A stretch of 56,107 nucleotides of DNA, counting the filler, from Sluysia triapertura (taxonomy: Eukaryota), in NCBI GenBank assembly GCA_046118255.1. It is 4 parts of 4 records of this genome, joined end to end, with 100 filler letters (N's around TTAATTAATTAA, not from the genome) between each part and the next. Parts side by side here need not be neighbours in the genome. Positions count along the whole stretch, not along the records: positions 41,409 to 56,107 come from JBJNIA010251751.1; 3 more parts are not named here. One strand, 5' to 3'. Below are positions 41,946 through 56,107 of this stretch, in pieces; the first letter of the stretch is position 1, and each line of letters starts with the position of its first letter. The notes beneath the pieces are model-generated. The model had not been told where the DNA came from and did no database searches. It was given only the letters and a program-made list of their open reading frames with translations. Made by a program: the position numbers and the translations under genes.

Positions 41946-44161
41946 TTAAAAAGCATCTAAATTAAAACAATGATAAAAATTAACATTAATAATCAGTTTT
42001 AAACATTAGTTTTAATCATGCTAATTTTTTTTAATTTTATATTTGGTAATACTAATTATAACTCAAAATCTCGAATAATAACTTATATTATTTTTTTACT
42101 ACCATTCTATGTTCGTTATGGTGTGTCTACATTTCAGTGTAAATAAATGTATTAGAAACTTTGAATGTGGTTTTTATAATTAAATATTGACAATAAAAAC
42201 CTTAAATGAAAAATCAAAATTTTGAAATTATATAAAGAATAATCAATATTTAATTATATTATTTCAGTATTTACTTAACTGTAATCAAAATACATAAAGT
42301 TAGGAAATAATTTATAGTTTCATACATTGATTATTTTGTTAATTGTGTTTTTAATTTGATTAGTAATTTTTGTCATTGAACAAGATAAATTTTGTTCAAT
42401 TTAAACAGTGCATTAACAGTACAAAACGATGCTATTTTGTACTAATTACTACTAGCTTTAAAACAATCCAACTATAACATAACCTATCTTTATTACATGT
42501 GAAATAAAAACTTTTATAAAGTAGCAACTAACACATTCCTCCATAACAATTCCAATTATAGCTTTACTCTTTTCATTAGGTTAACCGAGATCAGTAGGAA
42601 TATCCAACAATTTCCAATCGTAAATCTTTCGATAAATATTTAAATATTTATGTCAAATACATTAGATCTAATAATTATTTAAATTAATTATAAATAATGA
42701 TTATAACAATGAAAACTATTGTATTGTAGAGTACTTTTTTTACGTACATAAAGCAAATTTTGTTTACTATTATGTAATTTGACAAATATTTCTTTATATT
42801 TGTTAAATAGTATTAATTATTATAATGATCAGTCTATACTATTATTATTATTTTATTGACCAAAATGTAAATAAATTTAATTACATAAATATTAATCGCC
42901 CGAACTTTTAACTATTATATTATTATGTAGGAAAGGATTAATTATAAAGTGTATCTACTGTATGTTTCATTTGATTGATTTAAGCAGTGGTAAGTGTATT
43001 GGCTACTAAGTTGAAGATTATTGTAGTAAGTGAAAGATAAAGATGATCGTCTCTCCAGGTGGGTTAACTCCTTCGAATAGAAGATATATAGGAATTTTCC
43101 GATCATTGAAAGATTTAATGTTTTTGCGCATTAATGAACGGAAAAACTCTGAATATGTTGAATATATCAAAATTGGGAATCCAACACCACCAGCACAATC
43201 TTTGGTTAATTCATGGATTGATGAGTCTTAGAATGAGTTGAAGACTGAAACTTTACAAAACTCAATAATATTATCTGAATATGGTTCAAATTGTGAATAT
43301 TGGAATATAGTTAAATATGTGGTCTACTTCAAACCAGGAGGGACAATTCAATGACGAGTATATTTTTGATGAAATGAGTATGATAAGGATGTCGAATGCT
43401 TAGATGCCAATGAATAAAATTTTATGAACAAAGTTTTAGTTTTTTATTTAAGATTTCGTTGAAAAAATAATAATAGCGCTAAATAATATCACTGCCCAAA
43501 CGATATCACCAAATGTGAAATTTTTAGTGATATTATTTGGTGATACCCATTATTTATAAAGCTACTATTAACCCTTTGCATTTCAGTGTCGACACAGTGA
43601 AAAATTATTTAGTTAAATAAATATTTTAAACATATTTTTAGATTTAATATAATCTATTATTATATAATTTAAAGCAACTCCTCACACCATAATTATTAGG
43701 ACAAATTCATTACGAATGGCTTTATATTGCTGTTAAAAGTGAAAAATTTCATTAAATTAATTAAAAATTTAATTAAATTAATTAAAAATTAATTAAATTG
43801 ATTAATATTTTGTTTCTTTTAAACTACGTATTACAAAAACTTACATCAATGATATGGAATGATTTATTTTAGTCGTAAATTTAGGTTAGCAATTTCACCG
43901 CAAAAGTAAAATTTTAATATGGTTAGGTTAGATGAATTTTATCTATGGTATACATGAACATGAAATCATTTTTTATTTTAAAAATTCAAATGTACAAAAT
44001 AATGCAGAGTTGTAAGAATGAAATAATGCTTCACATAAATGTTGATTGAGTTTCAGAGTAATCAAATAACGAAAGCTTTTCTTTTAACTAATGATAAAAT
44101 GATTGAAAAATGTGTCATTCATTTTATTACAATTTAAAATAAAAAATGTCATTTAATATAG

Positions 44162-45515
44162 GGTAAGTATGACACAGCTGATCAGTTTTTCAATACTGCA
44201 CTTAGTGGTGATAGTAAACATCTGGAATCAAAGTTATACTTGGGTTTATCATCAATATTAGTTCCAAACGCATCTACTTCAAAAATCAATGATGGTTTAC
44301 TTCTTATTTGTGATGCCATTGAACAAGGTTTCGAAAATGTATTAAAAGAAGCAACAGGATTAATTGCGGATGATACGTTGGTATTTTGATTAGTTTTTTC
44401 TTATTAATATTCAGTTTAAGACCATTAAAATAAACAAATAAAAAACACATACCAAATCATTTCCATTTATATCCAAAATCAATCAACAATCAACTATTAT
44501 ATAGAAATGTGTTGAGAACGAACAAATTTACGTATTTCAATTTTACGTAATGTCATTACTTATTTGTTAAATGATCTTTGATAATACAAAGTAATACGAA
44601 GTAATAGAACAGGAATACTTCTACGTTATGTTATCGTTTTCTGTGAAATGTTAAATTTTAACTTATCCAAATATTTTCTTTTAGTACTTAACACTGTTTT
44701 TTCATTTACACATCAGTTTGAAGGGTTGAAATTGGAAGACCTTATAAATTACTCTAAGTTTTCATTGTAAAATTTGTTTAGTGTGATAGAACAAATTCTG
44801 TTTTTATCAATTTTATGATGAACTAAATTAAATTAATTAACATTATTAACTAAATTAGTAAAAAATAAAACTGAGGTGCAACGAAAAAACTTTATCACAA
44901 ATTCAGAATAATATGGTGTTTGTCAACTATGTTTTTAAAATTCGGCGAAAAGACGTTTCAAATGAAAAAGTTTAAGTCAAAAATACAATAACGAAAATGT
45001 GTAAATAGCACTTTTGAAAGAAATATAATTACATAAACTGTTAAACTTAATTTTCGAACATTTTTATATTGAAATACAGTTAGTATTATTTTATGTATTA
45101 TTTAGTTTTAGTAATATTCCGAATTTTTTAATTTAGAAAAAATAAATTATTTCTAATGGATGATAAATTAACGTTTTCATTAAAAAATCCATTAATTTCT
45201 AAATGTCTTCTTCATTTGGCTATAAATACGATGAATAAACCAAATCCGAAAATAAGTGTACCAGAATATGTATTATTTCATTGGTCTTTAAAATTGGTTG
45301 TCTATGGTTGGACTTTAGTAGGTCGTGGATCTACTTTGACCAATTTTGAATGGATCATAGTAGAATGTTACAAACATTTATTAATGTTATTTCATAAAGA
45401 AGACATTGATTTTAATTTTAATACTGTTATTATTAATCGTTCTATATGGTTGTATAAATTCATTGAATCGAGTACTTTACCAGTAAATCGAAGTTTAGCT
45501 GAAATTAAGTATGAG
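44162..45515 (+). CDS. Two internal exons (44162-44376, 45137-~45515) of a probable TPR-containing host gene
   Basis: AG|GKYDTADQFFNTALSGDSKHLESKLYLGLS is TPR-like and stop-free up to the GTTGGT donor. A phase-2 join to the TTTAG acceptor at 45136 is in frame with ORF 45156-45563. The second donor is at 45509 or 45516. Confidence 0.65.
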
Positions 45516-46806
45516 GTTGTATTTATGCTTTTTGTACACTTTATAAACTTTATAAAAATTTAATAATATCTTTGTTACCTTTTTAAATAATAAATATTAA
45601 ATAATAAATACAGTTATTAAATTAATAGTAATATCCGGTAAGTTTTGTAAAAATTTTAGACAAACAAAAATTAATTAATATATGAACTTTATTAATTATT
45701 GCTAAAGTTTTCATAATTATTTTTAATATTATTTTAATTCAGTTTCATGGTTTTGCAATTTCACAATAATAATTAATTTACTAGAAAATAATAGTTAATG
45801 TCAAGATAAACCGACAAGTTACATGTACTCACTATGTTTACTTATCGGAAATAAAATTTGAAATTAAATATCCATTAAACCAATTCACGAAATATGCCAA
45901 TATTGATTTCAACCATCAGAATCTTCTAAACAAAATATTGATGTTTCACATTTAATATCAAAACGGTCCATTTTTCAATGTTTGGAGCTTTCATAATTTT
46001 TTTCCTTATAATTTTTTATAACCATTTAATATGATTTTAATATTTTGCGTTTTTAACTTGAAGGTCCAGATAAATATTTTTTGCCAGAATTATTTCCAAA
46101 TTCTAATAAACACCTACCAAACTTTATTGATAGAAATATACGTAAAATACGGAAAATTATTACTTGAAAAATAAAATAAAATGTAAGTTTATTTATTAGT
46201 TTTATTCAATATTCATCAAAGATTTTAATGTTCAGTTTACCTTAATTTATAAAGTTAGTTTACCTTGATAATTTAAACTTAACTACTATTATTTAGTGAT
46301 TATAGGTTATCGTGAATAATTTTGACTCATCTCTAGCTTGTCATAGATGAAAATACTAAATTATATATGAATATGAATCTAATTAGTAGATTTTAGACAA
46401 ATATGAATAAAATATGTCACCAATATATTTGTGATGGTTCGTGTTACTTTATTTTTTTCAAAAGTGTAAGATTATCTAATTTTAAAACTGCTCTTGCTGA
46501 TTTATAATAGAACGCCGCAATATCATTGTTGGTCTGGATAAATTTACAATATATGGAATAATTTTATGGTTTAATATCACTCTGTTATTGTTCATATACT
46601 ATTTTCCTCTGATTAGAATCTGCAGCCACTAATTATTTAATTTCACAATATTTAATATTTCCCTTTCTACAATAGTTTTTAGATAATAGATTTTATATTA
46701 TGGCTATATAGCCAATTTTCCTTACACACTAGTAAATTACAAAATATACCGTTTTTCATTTTCTACAATTTGTTATTTATATTCACTTTGCTAATTAGGA
46801 TTTGTT

Positions 46807-46829
46807 TGTGTGTGTGTGTGTGTGTGTGT
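46807..46829. repeat. (GT)n microsatellite
   Basis: Seen directly. Confidence 0.95.
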
Positions 46830-47655
46830 TAGTATTTATGTTTTATTGACTTCTACATTTGATCTGTAATATTTTCTAGATATTTAAGTGTGATGGATTT
46901 TCACATTCATCTTTTACATTTATCTATTAATTTCTGGATTTTACTTCGCTATTTAGAGATATTTAGAGATTTTTTTAGTTTTTACATTGTAAACTGAATA
47001 TTCATGAATATTTAGATATTATATAAGAAGAGCAATATAATTTTATACCTTTTAACAATATTTATAATATTCAAAATTTATTTAAAATATTTTTATACTT
47101 TAAATTATTCTTTATAGTGAGTCGAAAATTTTATTGAATTAATGTCAGAACACTTTTCAAAATCCAGATTTTCTGAAATTGACAAATATATTTTTTGAAC
47201 ATTATATTTATATTTTAAAAATGTCTTTTGACATGTGTCTAAATTATTCATGAAATAATAATTCCCTGTGAGGAAATATTACAAATATCACAGCAATTGA
47301 TAAAGATACATTAATACAAAATTCTTATTGTATTTTTGATACAAAATAATGTATAATAAAAATTATAGAAATAAAAATAATTATCATGAATAAATTAATA
47401 TAAATTACTAATTTTAATTACTTAGTATTAAGTTAATTTAAATTTTGATTTGGTACTAATTTACTGATCAATTTTAATTAATTGAAACAAAATATTGATA
47501 TATGCATTTTTATGATACATTTAAAAATTGAATTTATTTACGTCTTCGATTAAAGAAATTATTTTCAATATATTATTCATTAATTATTAATATTATTTAT
47601 TTGTGTCTTCATATTAAGGAACCTAGTACTTAATTTGTTTACATAATAATCTATC

Positions 47656-47657
<2 letters not shown>

Positions 47658-47706
<49 letters not shown>
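47658..47706. repeat. (ATT)n microsatellite abutting the tRNA-like element
   Basis: Seen directly. Confidence 0.97.
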
Positions 47707-47707
<1 letters not shown>

Positions 47708-47876
47708 GTTAGACTTCATAAAATGGACTGACCGGGAATATAACCCGGCACCTCTCGTTTCACATCTGTGCAGTTCGATGATCTGACCACTGATCTATCA
47801 GTCCCGTCTAACGATTTTAATTTTATTATAGTCAATTATACTATCATTATAGCACTTTATAATACTTTATCGTACA
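47707..47876 (-). mobile_element. Second full-length copy of the tRNA-like TG..CA element
   Basis: Aligns end to end with 18949-19107 (TGTTAGACTTC.TAAAATGGACTGACCGG ... CCCGTCTAAC ... CAATTATACTAT ... GCACTTT ... TTTATC..ACA). Confidence 0.85.
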
Positions 47877-49062
47877 TGTGATGATAACATTTTGTAATGC
47901 AGCATTTTTATTAACATTTTTATATTAAGATAATTTTGAATATTTGGTTTTGTGTGTAAATATTTTAATTTTAACTTTATTATTTTATAAAAATTTTAGT
48001 AGCTTTTTATATTTTTGAAAATGAACATTTTTATGATAATTTTGAATATTGTAAAACAAAAAAATTATAAATTATAGAATAATTATTTTAAAAATGGTTT
48101 AAATTTAAATTAAATTGTTTTCGTTTAACAATAAAATCATCTAAACCTTTAAGATCAAATTCAAGTATAAATATAATTTGTTTAAATCAACCACAACCAT
48201 TATACAGTTTACGTATTTTTAAATGCCATAAGTCGTAATTATCGATTATTTCGAATTACTTAGTAACGTTTAATCACTCATCGATTTCAAGTTTAATAAA
48301 AAATTGGAAACAGTGTTTGAACTTTCCCAGAGCACATTAATTCAAGAAGTCGTTAGTTCATTTTTGCTTTATAAAGTATACGTAAAATCGGAAACTTCGT
48401 AAAATAATTTCTTTAAATTCTTAAAAACTCAAGGATTATTCGATTAGAATAATTTACTAAATTAATATAAATCTTTTCGGTTTATACTAAAAAGGTTGAA
48501 ATTTCATGTTGTGTTTTAAATTTTTATTTGTTTAATTAAACCATTTGTAAATTTTGTTGAATAAAATTTTCGATTTTCTTAGTCCTTAAGTGATTTTTCT
48601 ATTATTCACAAATATTCACAAATTACAAAGTAATCTTAAAATCTTTATTATTATAAAAGAGGTTTCGTTTAATAAGAAGCCTTAGCAGAATATGTACTCA
48701 TACGGTTTCATTTAATGAGAAATAAAGTAAATTAAATAAATTTTATAACATTCAATATAATATCAAAGAAATTAAAAATTCTTTTAAGATTCCATTTAAG
48801 AAGAAATTTTTATAAATGATTTCTCAAGGTTTGATTTAAAGAGCAAATCTAATTAAATTATTGATTGTACTGTTTCATTTAAGACGAAACTATAATAAAA
48901 TAATATTTCATACTACAGATTTCATATAAGAAAAAGCGACTTAACCCTCAGTTTACTTTATAAAAATCAGTAAACAGATCTTAAAGTCTTAATTGAATAG
49001 TACTAAGTAACAAGAGGTAAATTGTTAAGAGCCAGAATTTTAAATTAATTAACATTTTCTTT

Positions 49063-49340
49063 ACCTCCAGTAAAGCTCTCGTTACTATTAATCTTTAAAA
49101 TCCTATGGACTAGCCGTAACTCGTAAGTCTATGATCGCAGGTGGACTCACACATAATATTCAAAACATTTTATTGTATTATTCATATAATTTTCTACACA
49201 CACATATATATAGGTGACGTTTTTTTGTGTTTCGTTTAATTATTTGTTTAAAGCTGTGAGTCCACCTACGATCCTACGCTTACACACTTAAGGGCTAGTC
49301 CGAAGGATTTCAAGAAATGTCTGAATAAGTTAATGGAGGT
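49063..49340. mobile_element. Foldback-type MITE with long imperfect TIRs
   Basis: AAATCCTATGGACTAGCC..GATCGCAGGTGGACTCACA is inverted as TGTGAGTCCACCTACGATC..GGCTAGTCCGAAGGATTT; outer ends ACCTCCA/TGGAGGT. Confidence 0.8.
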
Positions 49341-52300
49341 TTGGTCATATAAAAGTCTTAATTTAAATGCGTTAACTAAGGTTAAATAAAGATAATTATT
49401 CTCTTATTTGTCAATGGTTAGATAAAGTAAAAGTGATAATATCTTTTTCTAATTTAAATTATAATCTGTTAATTATCTCTGTACGTCATATATATATATA
49501 TGGATAAACAATTTAAGAGTATTATTTTAATAATAATAATCTTTTAATTTTTTATTTAAAAAATATGTTACTGACCTAATAAAATGATTTTTCGTATGTT
49601 TTATAGATTCAATCTTAAATATTGCAAAAAACTTATGTAAATTAAAGTAAAGATGCAATAAACAAAGATCTAGATTCTTCGTAATTTCAGTTGAATATTC
49701 TCCTCGAAGAATTGATTATGCTGCACTCAACGTTTTTTGCGAAGACGTATTAAAGATTTAAAAAATGTTATAAATTTTTTTGTATGAAAGTCTATTAAAA
49801 CCTTTGCTTTATATATTAAAAATATGACCTTGAAGGTCAAAATTTAAATAGAGATAAATATTCATATAATTGTTTTATTTGCATTTCTAAAATATAATTT
49901 ATTATTCTTTACATTACAATTTAAAACAATATAATTTGTCACTTAATTAATTTTAATCCATCAAAACAATTACATAAAATAATTAAATATTTGTATTAAT
50001 TCAATTTTCTTAGAATCGGACATTAGGACGTATTTAATCTTTAATTTTAAATTACGAAATTAATTAAAATAACTGATTTTTACGTTATCTCCGTTGACGT
50101 GCTTCGTAACACTTCATTACTAAAACCAATAATAAAACTCAACATATATACTAAATTTGATATCATTATATCATGAACCAACATTTTTTATTAAGTTAAT
50201 TAACAAGTGTACTTTAACACTTCGACAAACAAAACCTTATAAAAGGTTATTTTTTGTATCTCTCATTGTCTTATCTTGATTCGAGTATCTCATATCAATA
50301 TATCATATCGAGTGTATCATTACAATTCATCATGATACCCTATCTCAATTCCTCAATATCGTTTACCTTATCTGTTATCCTGAATCTTGAACCTTTATAT
50401 CTACCTTTGCCTCTCACTAATTCCAACATTAATAATAATTTATTTATAATTATTTTTGGGAAGTTTTTAATTTAAAAGAATAATTTAATAATTTAATATT
50501 ATATTGTTATGAAGATTTATTGTTAATTGCAAAATACATTGAATTTTAGTTGTGTAATTATAATATTTGTATTGTAATTATTTGTAATATAATTAAGTTT
50601 GAATTTTGTTCTGATTTATAAAGTCAGGAATTTAATCTAGAATAAATTTTATTAGACTAAAAGATTAAAACTGTTAAAGATGCAACGCGAGTTTAACTTT
50701 GGACGAGTTTATAAACGTTCTTTATTTTACAACATGTTATGTAATCTTCTTATCGAGATGATCATGTCAACAAGAAATTTAGGCTATCACTCACTTTCAT
50801 TTTAGGTTTTATTACAATTTATTTAAAAAACAAAAGAATACACTAATAAAATTATTAATTCTAAACACTATTTTTGACTAACAAAGCAAAATAAATTATG
50901 AATATATAAATGAGTAAAAATTTTTATTTTTATTTTTATGTTTTATATTTAAAAAATTTTCAAAAAATTGTAACATTTATAAATATTATTAAAATTACTA
51001 AAAATTATTATTATTATTATTATTCTTTAACAATTTTTTTATTAAAAATTTAATTACAATTTAAATACAATTTAATTACAAAAAATTAATTTTGTTCTAA
51101 TTAAATAAATTTATTAATATGGCTTCTAATAGCCAATACAGTATAAAAACACACAAAGAAAATCAGTCAATACACAGTTTCTATTTACTAGTATAGACGC
51201 CACTGTTATTAGTACGCCATTTTAAATTATACACCTTTGTTAAAATTCGTCATTGCATCATCTACAATTTAATTCAATCATCGACAGTAAAACCATCAAT
51301 TTAATATCTCAACATCTGATCCTTTTTGTGAGACTGGCAATTCTCAAGTTCGTATTTCATTCAACGGCATTATATCCCGAGTCTACGATTAGAGGGATAA
51401 AATTTTCCATTATCAAACAGTCAATTTATTTGAGAAAAAGGACAATCTGAGAACACGAATATTCTTTATTAATTAATTCTTAAGTTTCTTTTACATAGTT
51501 TGCAAACTCAAATTGAGTTAAAATCTATACTCAAAATACTAAGTTTACGGTTGGTCCTTAAGGCCGATCACAAAATCAATCTAAAATATAAATTCATTGC
51601 TCTTTAGTTGGCCCTTAAGGTCAATTATGAAATCATTATTATAAGGTAGAGTCTCTCGGCTAGACCTTTATTATAATTCAATTTTTATCATTATTATAAT
51701 TTTATTATTTATAAATTTTTGTTATTATTATTCTATTTTAATTTTATTTATTAAATTTCCTTTTTTGTTTGTTGTATAATAAATCTTAGATTGTGTTGAA
51801 TATTCGTTCATTATAATTTTAATATTGAATTTATAACATAAGTTTAGTTTACTTCTGTATACTGCAAACAATTTTAAATTAAATAAACGATTATTTAAGA
51901 AGCATTCTAATTATAGTGCAACCTTGCTAATTTCTTAGAACGATTCCAAAAAATTTAACGGTTAATATAACAAGACTTAATAAAGAGTTAAAGATAAAAG
52001 AGTAATACATTTCTCTACGAATATTGTTAACTTTATTTTTCATATAAACTTAAATATTACACATGTTAACGTTGGTCGTAATTATTTTTTAGTCATTTAG
52101 TATCAGACGATTTTGCTCACTATTGTTAAGTTAAAGCAAATAGTATTTTTATACGATTAATATTAATAATTGTTTTTACGTAATTTTACAGGTACGCCAT
52201 TAGTAAGTCGTATACTGTAGACAGACTCTGAATAATAATAAATTATTTTGCTGTAAGTTAGGTTTTTGTATTAAGAAAACCCCCCAGCAAATATAATACA

Positions 52301-55300
52301 GACATGAAAATTGTTACATTTGAACTAAGTTTAATGCAGTTATGATAGTATTTTATAGTGATTTTGTCACTGGCTTAAGCCAGCGTCAAGGTTTATGAAA
52401 TTTACTTGTATTTTATGCCTTACTTAAGTAAGGAAACCTTACCAAATATAAACTTACAAATTTACTAGAAAATGAGAATGGATTATAGCAGAAACACTCG
52501 TGACTCGTGAATTATTGCAAGGATCCATTAATGTTAAAAGCTTAATCTACCATATAAAAGTCGATAACTACCGATAATTGCCGAATTGATTGGTAAATTA
52601 ACTATAAATTAATTGAACGATCTTTGAAGTCCAATGACAATGACCAAATTCTCCGTAACAAATAAATATTGTTACGATTGTCGCAAAAATGTACTTATTT
52701 ATTTTCTTTTAAACGAAAATTCATTATTATTAATAATAAATAAATATTCAACATCCTCTGTAAAGTTCGATGTTCGAAATTAATTAAGATTTTCAAAATT
52801 AAATGATTATTTTTTTACTTTACGATTTGTTTAAATATTTTTAAATTACAATAATATTTATAAAATTCATATTATTTATACTAAATTTCAATTTTTACAT
52901 TAAATTTCACAATATTTTATAAAATTAAAAAATTTATATGATATTTACAATATTTAATTTAAATTACACAAAATTTATACAGGTACAGTATTCACAATCA
53001 CAATATTTACAATTATTTTTAGTTGCTTCATTTACATTATTGTTAAAGCGGAGATTTACTGTATTTATTTTTTGTAATTTTTATAATATTGAGTTTTGTT
53101 AATTTGAATTAAAGAATCTAACTTCTGTTGGGGATGAATAGTTACCGTTACTAAACAATAGAATTTGAGACAATTTAAATTTCTTTTGATAAGTATTGAA
53201 AATATTATGATTCCGTTTAAGTAAATTAAACGTACACTGACTTATTGTTATCGGTCATTTCAAAGATGCAACATCATGATTCACCAACAATACTCTGAAA
53301 TTTAAAATTCGATATTAAGATCAAGCATTATTTTTTCCACTCTACTCAATCTGAATATGTTGGGATTAATGAAGGATTAGAGGAAACATAAGGGTTGTGG
53401 CTCAAGATAACAAGGTGAATTAAACATCATCGAGGAATTGAGATGGGGTATTGTGACGAATAGCAGTAGCAAAATAAGCGTATAAAATACTTGAATTACA
53501 ACAAAATAATGAAAAATATGAAGACATAACTTTTTACAAGGTTTTATTTGTTAAAATATTAAAGTATATGTGATAATTAACTTAATAAAAATTTGTTTAA
53601 TTTGATAACTCAATAAAAAATATTTGCTCATGATATGATATTAGATTTAGTGTATATTAATGAGTATTATTAGTATTGCGTAGTATATATTAGTGATGAA
53701 GTATTGCGTAGCATGTCAACATAGATAGCGTAAAAATTAGTCATTTTAATTAATTTTTATAATTTCAAATTAAAGTTAAACATGTGCCGATGTCTAAGTA
53801 TTAATAAAGTATATATTAAATTGACGCTTATAAAGATGCTAATTCAAAAATGTTATTGAACTTGAAGCACAGCATATTATGTAAAATATTCCTATAAATA
53901 AATTTATCATTTCATTAATTTTATCTTTAAATTAAGTTGACAAATTACATTATTAATATAATAACAATATAATAGTTACTTTAAATTTTAATTAGATGAT
54001 ATTGAAAAGATAAGGAGATTGTTTACCACAAATCACATTATCCTTGGATAATTAAAATGATAATGATGTTGAACATAGACGGAAATTGCTGTCGAAATTC
54101 AATCAGTAAAATTGGTCGGCTTATTACCAAATACAAGAGAATAGACAACTTTAATTTACGTCTTGTTCAATTTCTAATTTTAATTTCCCAAATCATAAAA
54201 CTACTATATAAGCAGTCGTATTTTTGCAAAAATTCAGACAGAGACAAGAGTTAGAGTCAAGGCAACAAAAGAAAACTAAAACTTTCTAGCCGTAAGGACG
54301 CTGCTTCAATTCATCAGTGGATAACGATGAATAAATAAAATAAAGTAGCTAAAATAATACATTTTATAAAAAATTGTAACAATGGTTAGTAAGGTATTTG
54401 TTATTGATTAAATTTTGTATTAATACGGTCGTCAAAATTTATCTTCGATATGTTGTGTCACCCATAGTAGTGATTTGTTAAAAGATTTATAATTTGAAGA
54501 TGATTTGTTATTAAAGAATATTTGTGTTATTATTATAAAGTATATTTGTTGTAATATATGTTGGAGAATATATCGAGATTTTGAATTTATTTAGTTAATG
54601 GATTTTAATGTGACTATTTAAAGATAAAAAAGTATTAAAAGACACAACATGCACTTAAATTATTTCTCATATTAAAACAACAAACATTACTAGTGTTAAC
54701 ACACATAAAAGTAATGAATTTAACTCTAGTTTTTAAAATTCAATTGATTAGTTATTCATATCAAATTTTCCAGAGGAAAATAGTGTTGCGGTTTTTTTCT
54801 AACACTTAACCTACGGAAAAATATTTTTGAGCAGGTACAGCTACAGTAAATGTCTTATGTCGTAAAGAGGGCGTTTCTGTAACTGTATAAGTTAATATTT
54901 TATCTAAATAGTAATTCTTCTTAAATAGGGTCTTATTAAATGCTCACTTATATAAATTGTTTTACTTTACGTAATCTTCAGTGAAACAAGTTAACTACCT
55001 TCTAACTAAAACCAATAAATTCACAAATACTTACATTTAAAAATAAACCAAACAATAATTTATACAATATTAATTATCAAATAATACTAGTAAAAATAGA
55101 CTGATAAGAGAGACTTTAAGAATAAAATTAAAAAATTAAATTATATAATATAACTACTCTTTTTAATAGGTTTTAGTGTATTTTGACTCTCAATATATCG
55201 GTGAAGCTTAATATGTGCTTGAACAATGAAATTTAAGTTTATTTTAAGATACTAATCTTCTATGATTAGTACCACCTTAAAAAATAACTTACGATAAGCA

Positions 55301-55501
55301 TGGAATAGAAAGAGGGTTCTGAACGAATAATATTGCCAAATCTTGAGTGCAACTTGAATTTTACTGCGATAAGTTACCAAAAACCAGATATTGTAAGAAA
55401 AAACAGCGACAGCAAAAAATAAGATAGCGCCTAAAATTGTAAAAATTCAAAATGGTGATTCTCATTAAATTGATGCTAGTTTATGTACTAATCTATGAAA
55501 T

Positions 55502-55625
55502 GTTCTAGAACATTCTAGAAATTTCTGTTCTATTTTTAGAAGCAAATGTTCTTTTTTCGAAAAATTTTTAAAGTGACTTAAAGGATTTTTACGTGATTTG
55601 AGAAGCTTATGATGAAAACCTAACA
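55502..55625. mobile_element. HSE-bearing dispersed repeat, copy 3
   Basis: gTTCt aGAAc aTTCt aGAAa tTTCt; ends TATGATGAAAACCTAACA. Confidence 0.7.
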
Positions 55626-55931
55626 ATATGTAGGGTTCTTATTCTCAAAATATCATTCTATAAATATTTCAAAGTCATTTCTAGATTCTTCTTTTTCATA
55701 GCAATCATCATATTTTCATTATCTTTTCACCATTCTAATATGAAAAATGCAACATTCTATAATTGAGAATTAATTAAATTTGACTGCTCAATATTAAAGT
55801 TTTCCTTGCATGAAATTAATCAAGCCAGATCTTCATCGAACAATCTTTTTAAAACACACATAGCTGCAACTTTCACAAAAATGCACTGTTCTTAATTAAG
55901 ATTTTAATTAATTAATTTATTTGGGGCATTA

Positions 55932-56018
55932 GGAAAACACTAACTTTTTTTGTCGAAATTGGAAAACACGAACTTTTTTTAAAAATTTGGAAAACACATT
56001 AACTTTTTTTTAAAAATG
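55932..56018. repeat. Three ~29-bp tandem units GGAAAACAC..AACTTTTTTT
   Basis: Seen directly. Confidence 0.85.
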
Positions 56019-56107
56019 TTTTGCAAGCATTGGCTCCAAACTGCTCAAGCTCATACTGTATAAGGCACATTGCTAAAAATTTAAGATTGAAATTTAGAGA
56101 TGCGAAT

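Noticed and set aside
43043-43400. 62-aa ORF and continuation as an upstream exon of the TPR gene
   Set aside because: In-frame stops and no convincing splice sites; more likely decayed repeat sequence.
50254-54254. Short ORFs at 50254, 51253 and 54057
   Set aside because: Low-complexity AT-rich ORFs of chance length, with no motifs or splice support.

Overview
Very AT-rich eukaryotic (metazoan) scaffold with three 100-bp assembly gaps. The 43- and 53-nt introns, abundant (AAT)n tracts and repeat types suggest a planarian-like flatworm, but this is inference. One clear host gene is present: the last 7 exons of an NDR/STK38 (tricornered) kinase at 1421-5653 (+). Two frame-compatible exons of a probable TPR-containing gene lie at 44162-45515 (+). 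The rest is mostly decayed mobile DNA: (i) a Ty3/gypsy-like gag + integrase remnant followed by a chuvirus-like (class III) envelope glycoprotein, (ii) a large TG-initiated element nested into it that appears to carry an intronless, decayed cyclin, (iii) a Polinton/Maverick integrase + minor-capsid fragment, (iv) a LINE RT fragment, and (v) hAT, piggyBac, pogo-like and foldback MITEs. Two short repeat families share TGTTAG...CTAACA termini: one carries a Pol III tRNA-like unit, the other near-perfect heat-shock-element arrays. All family assignments come from manual translation and motif recognition; no database search was run.
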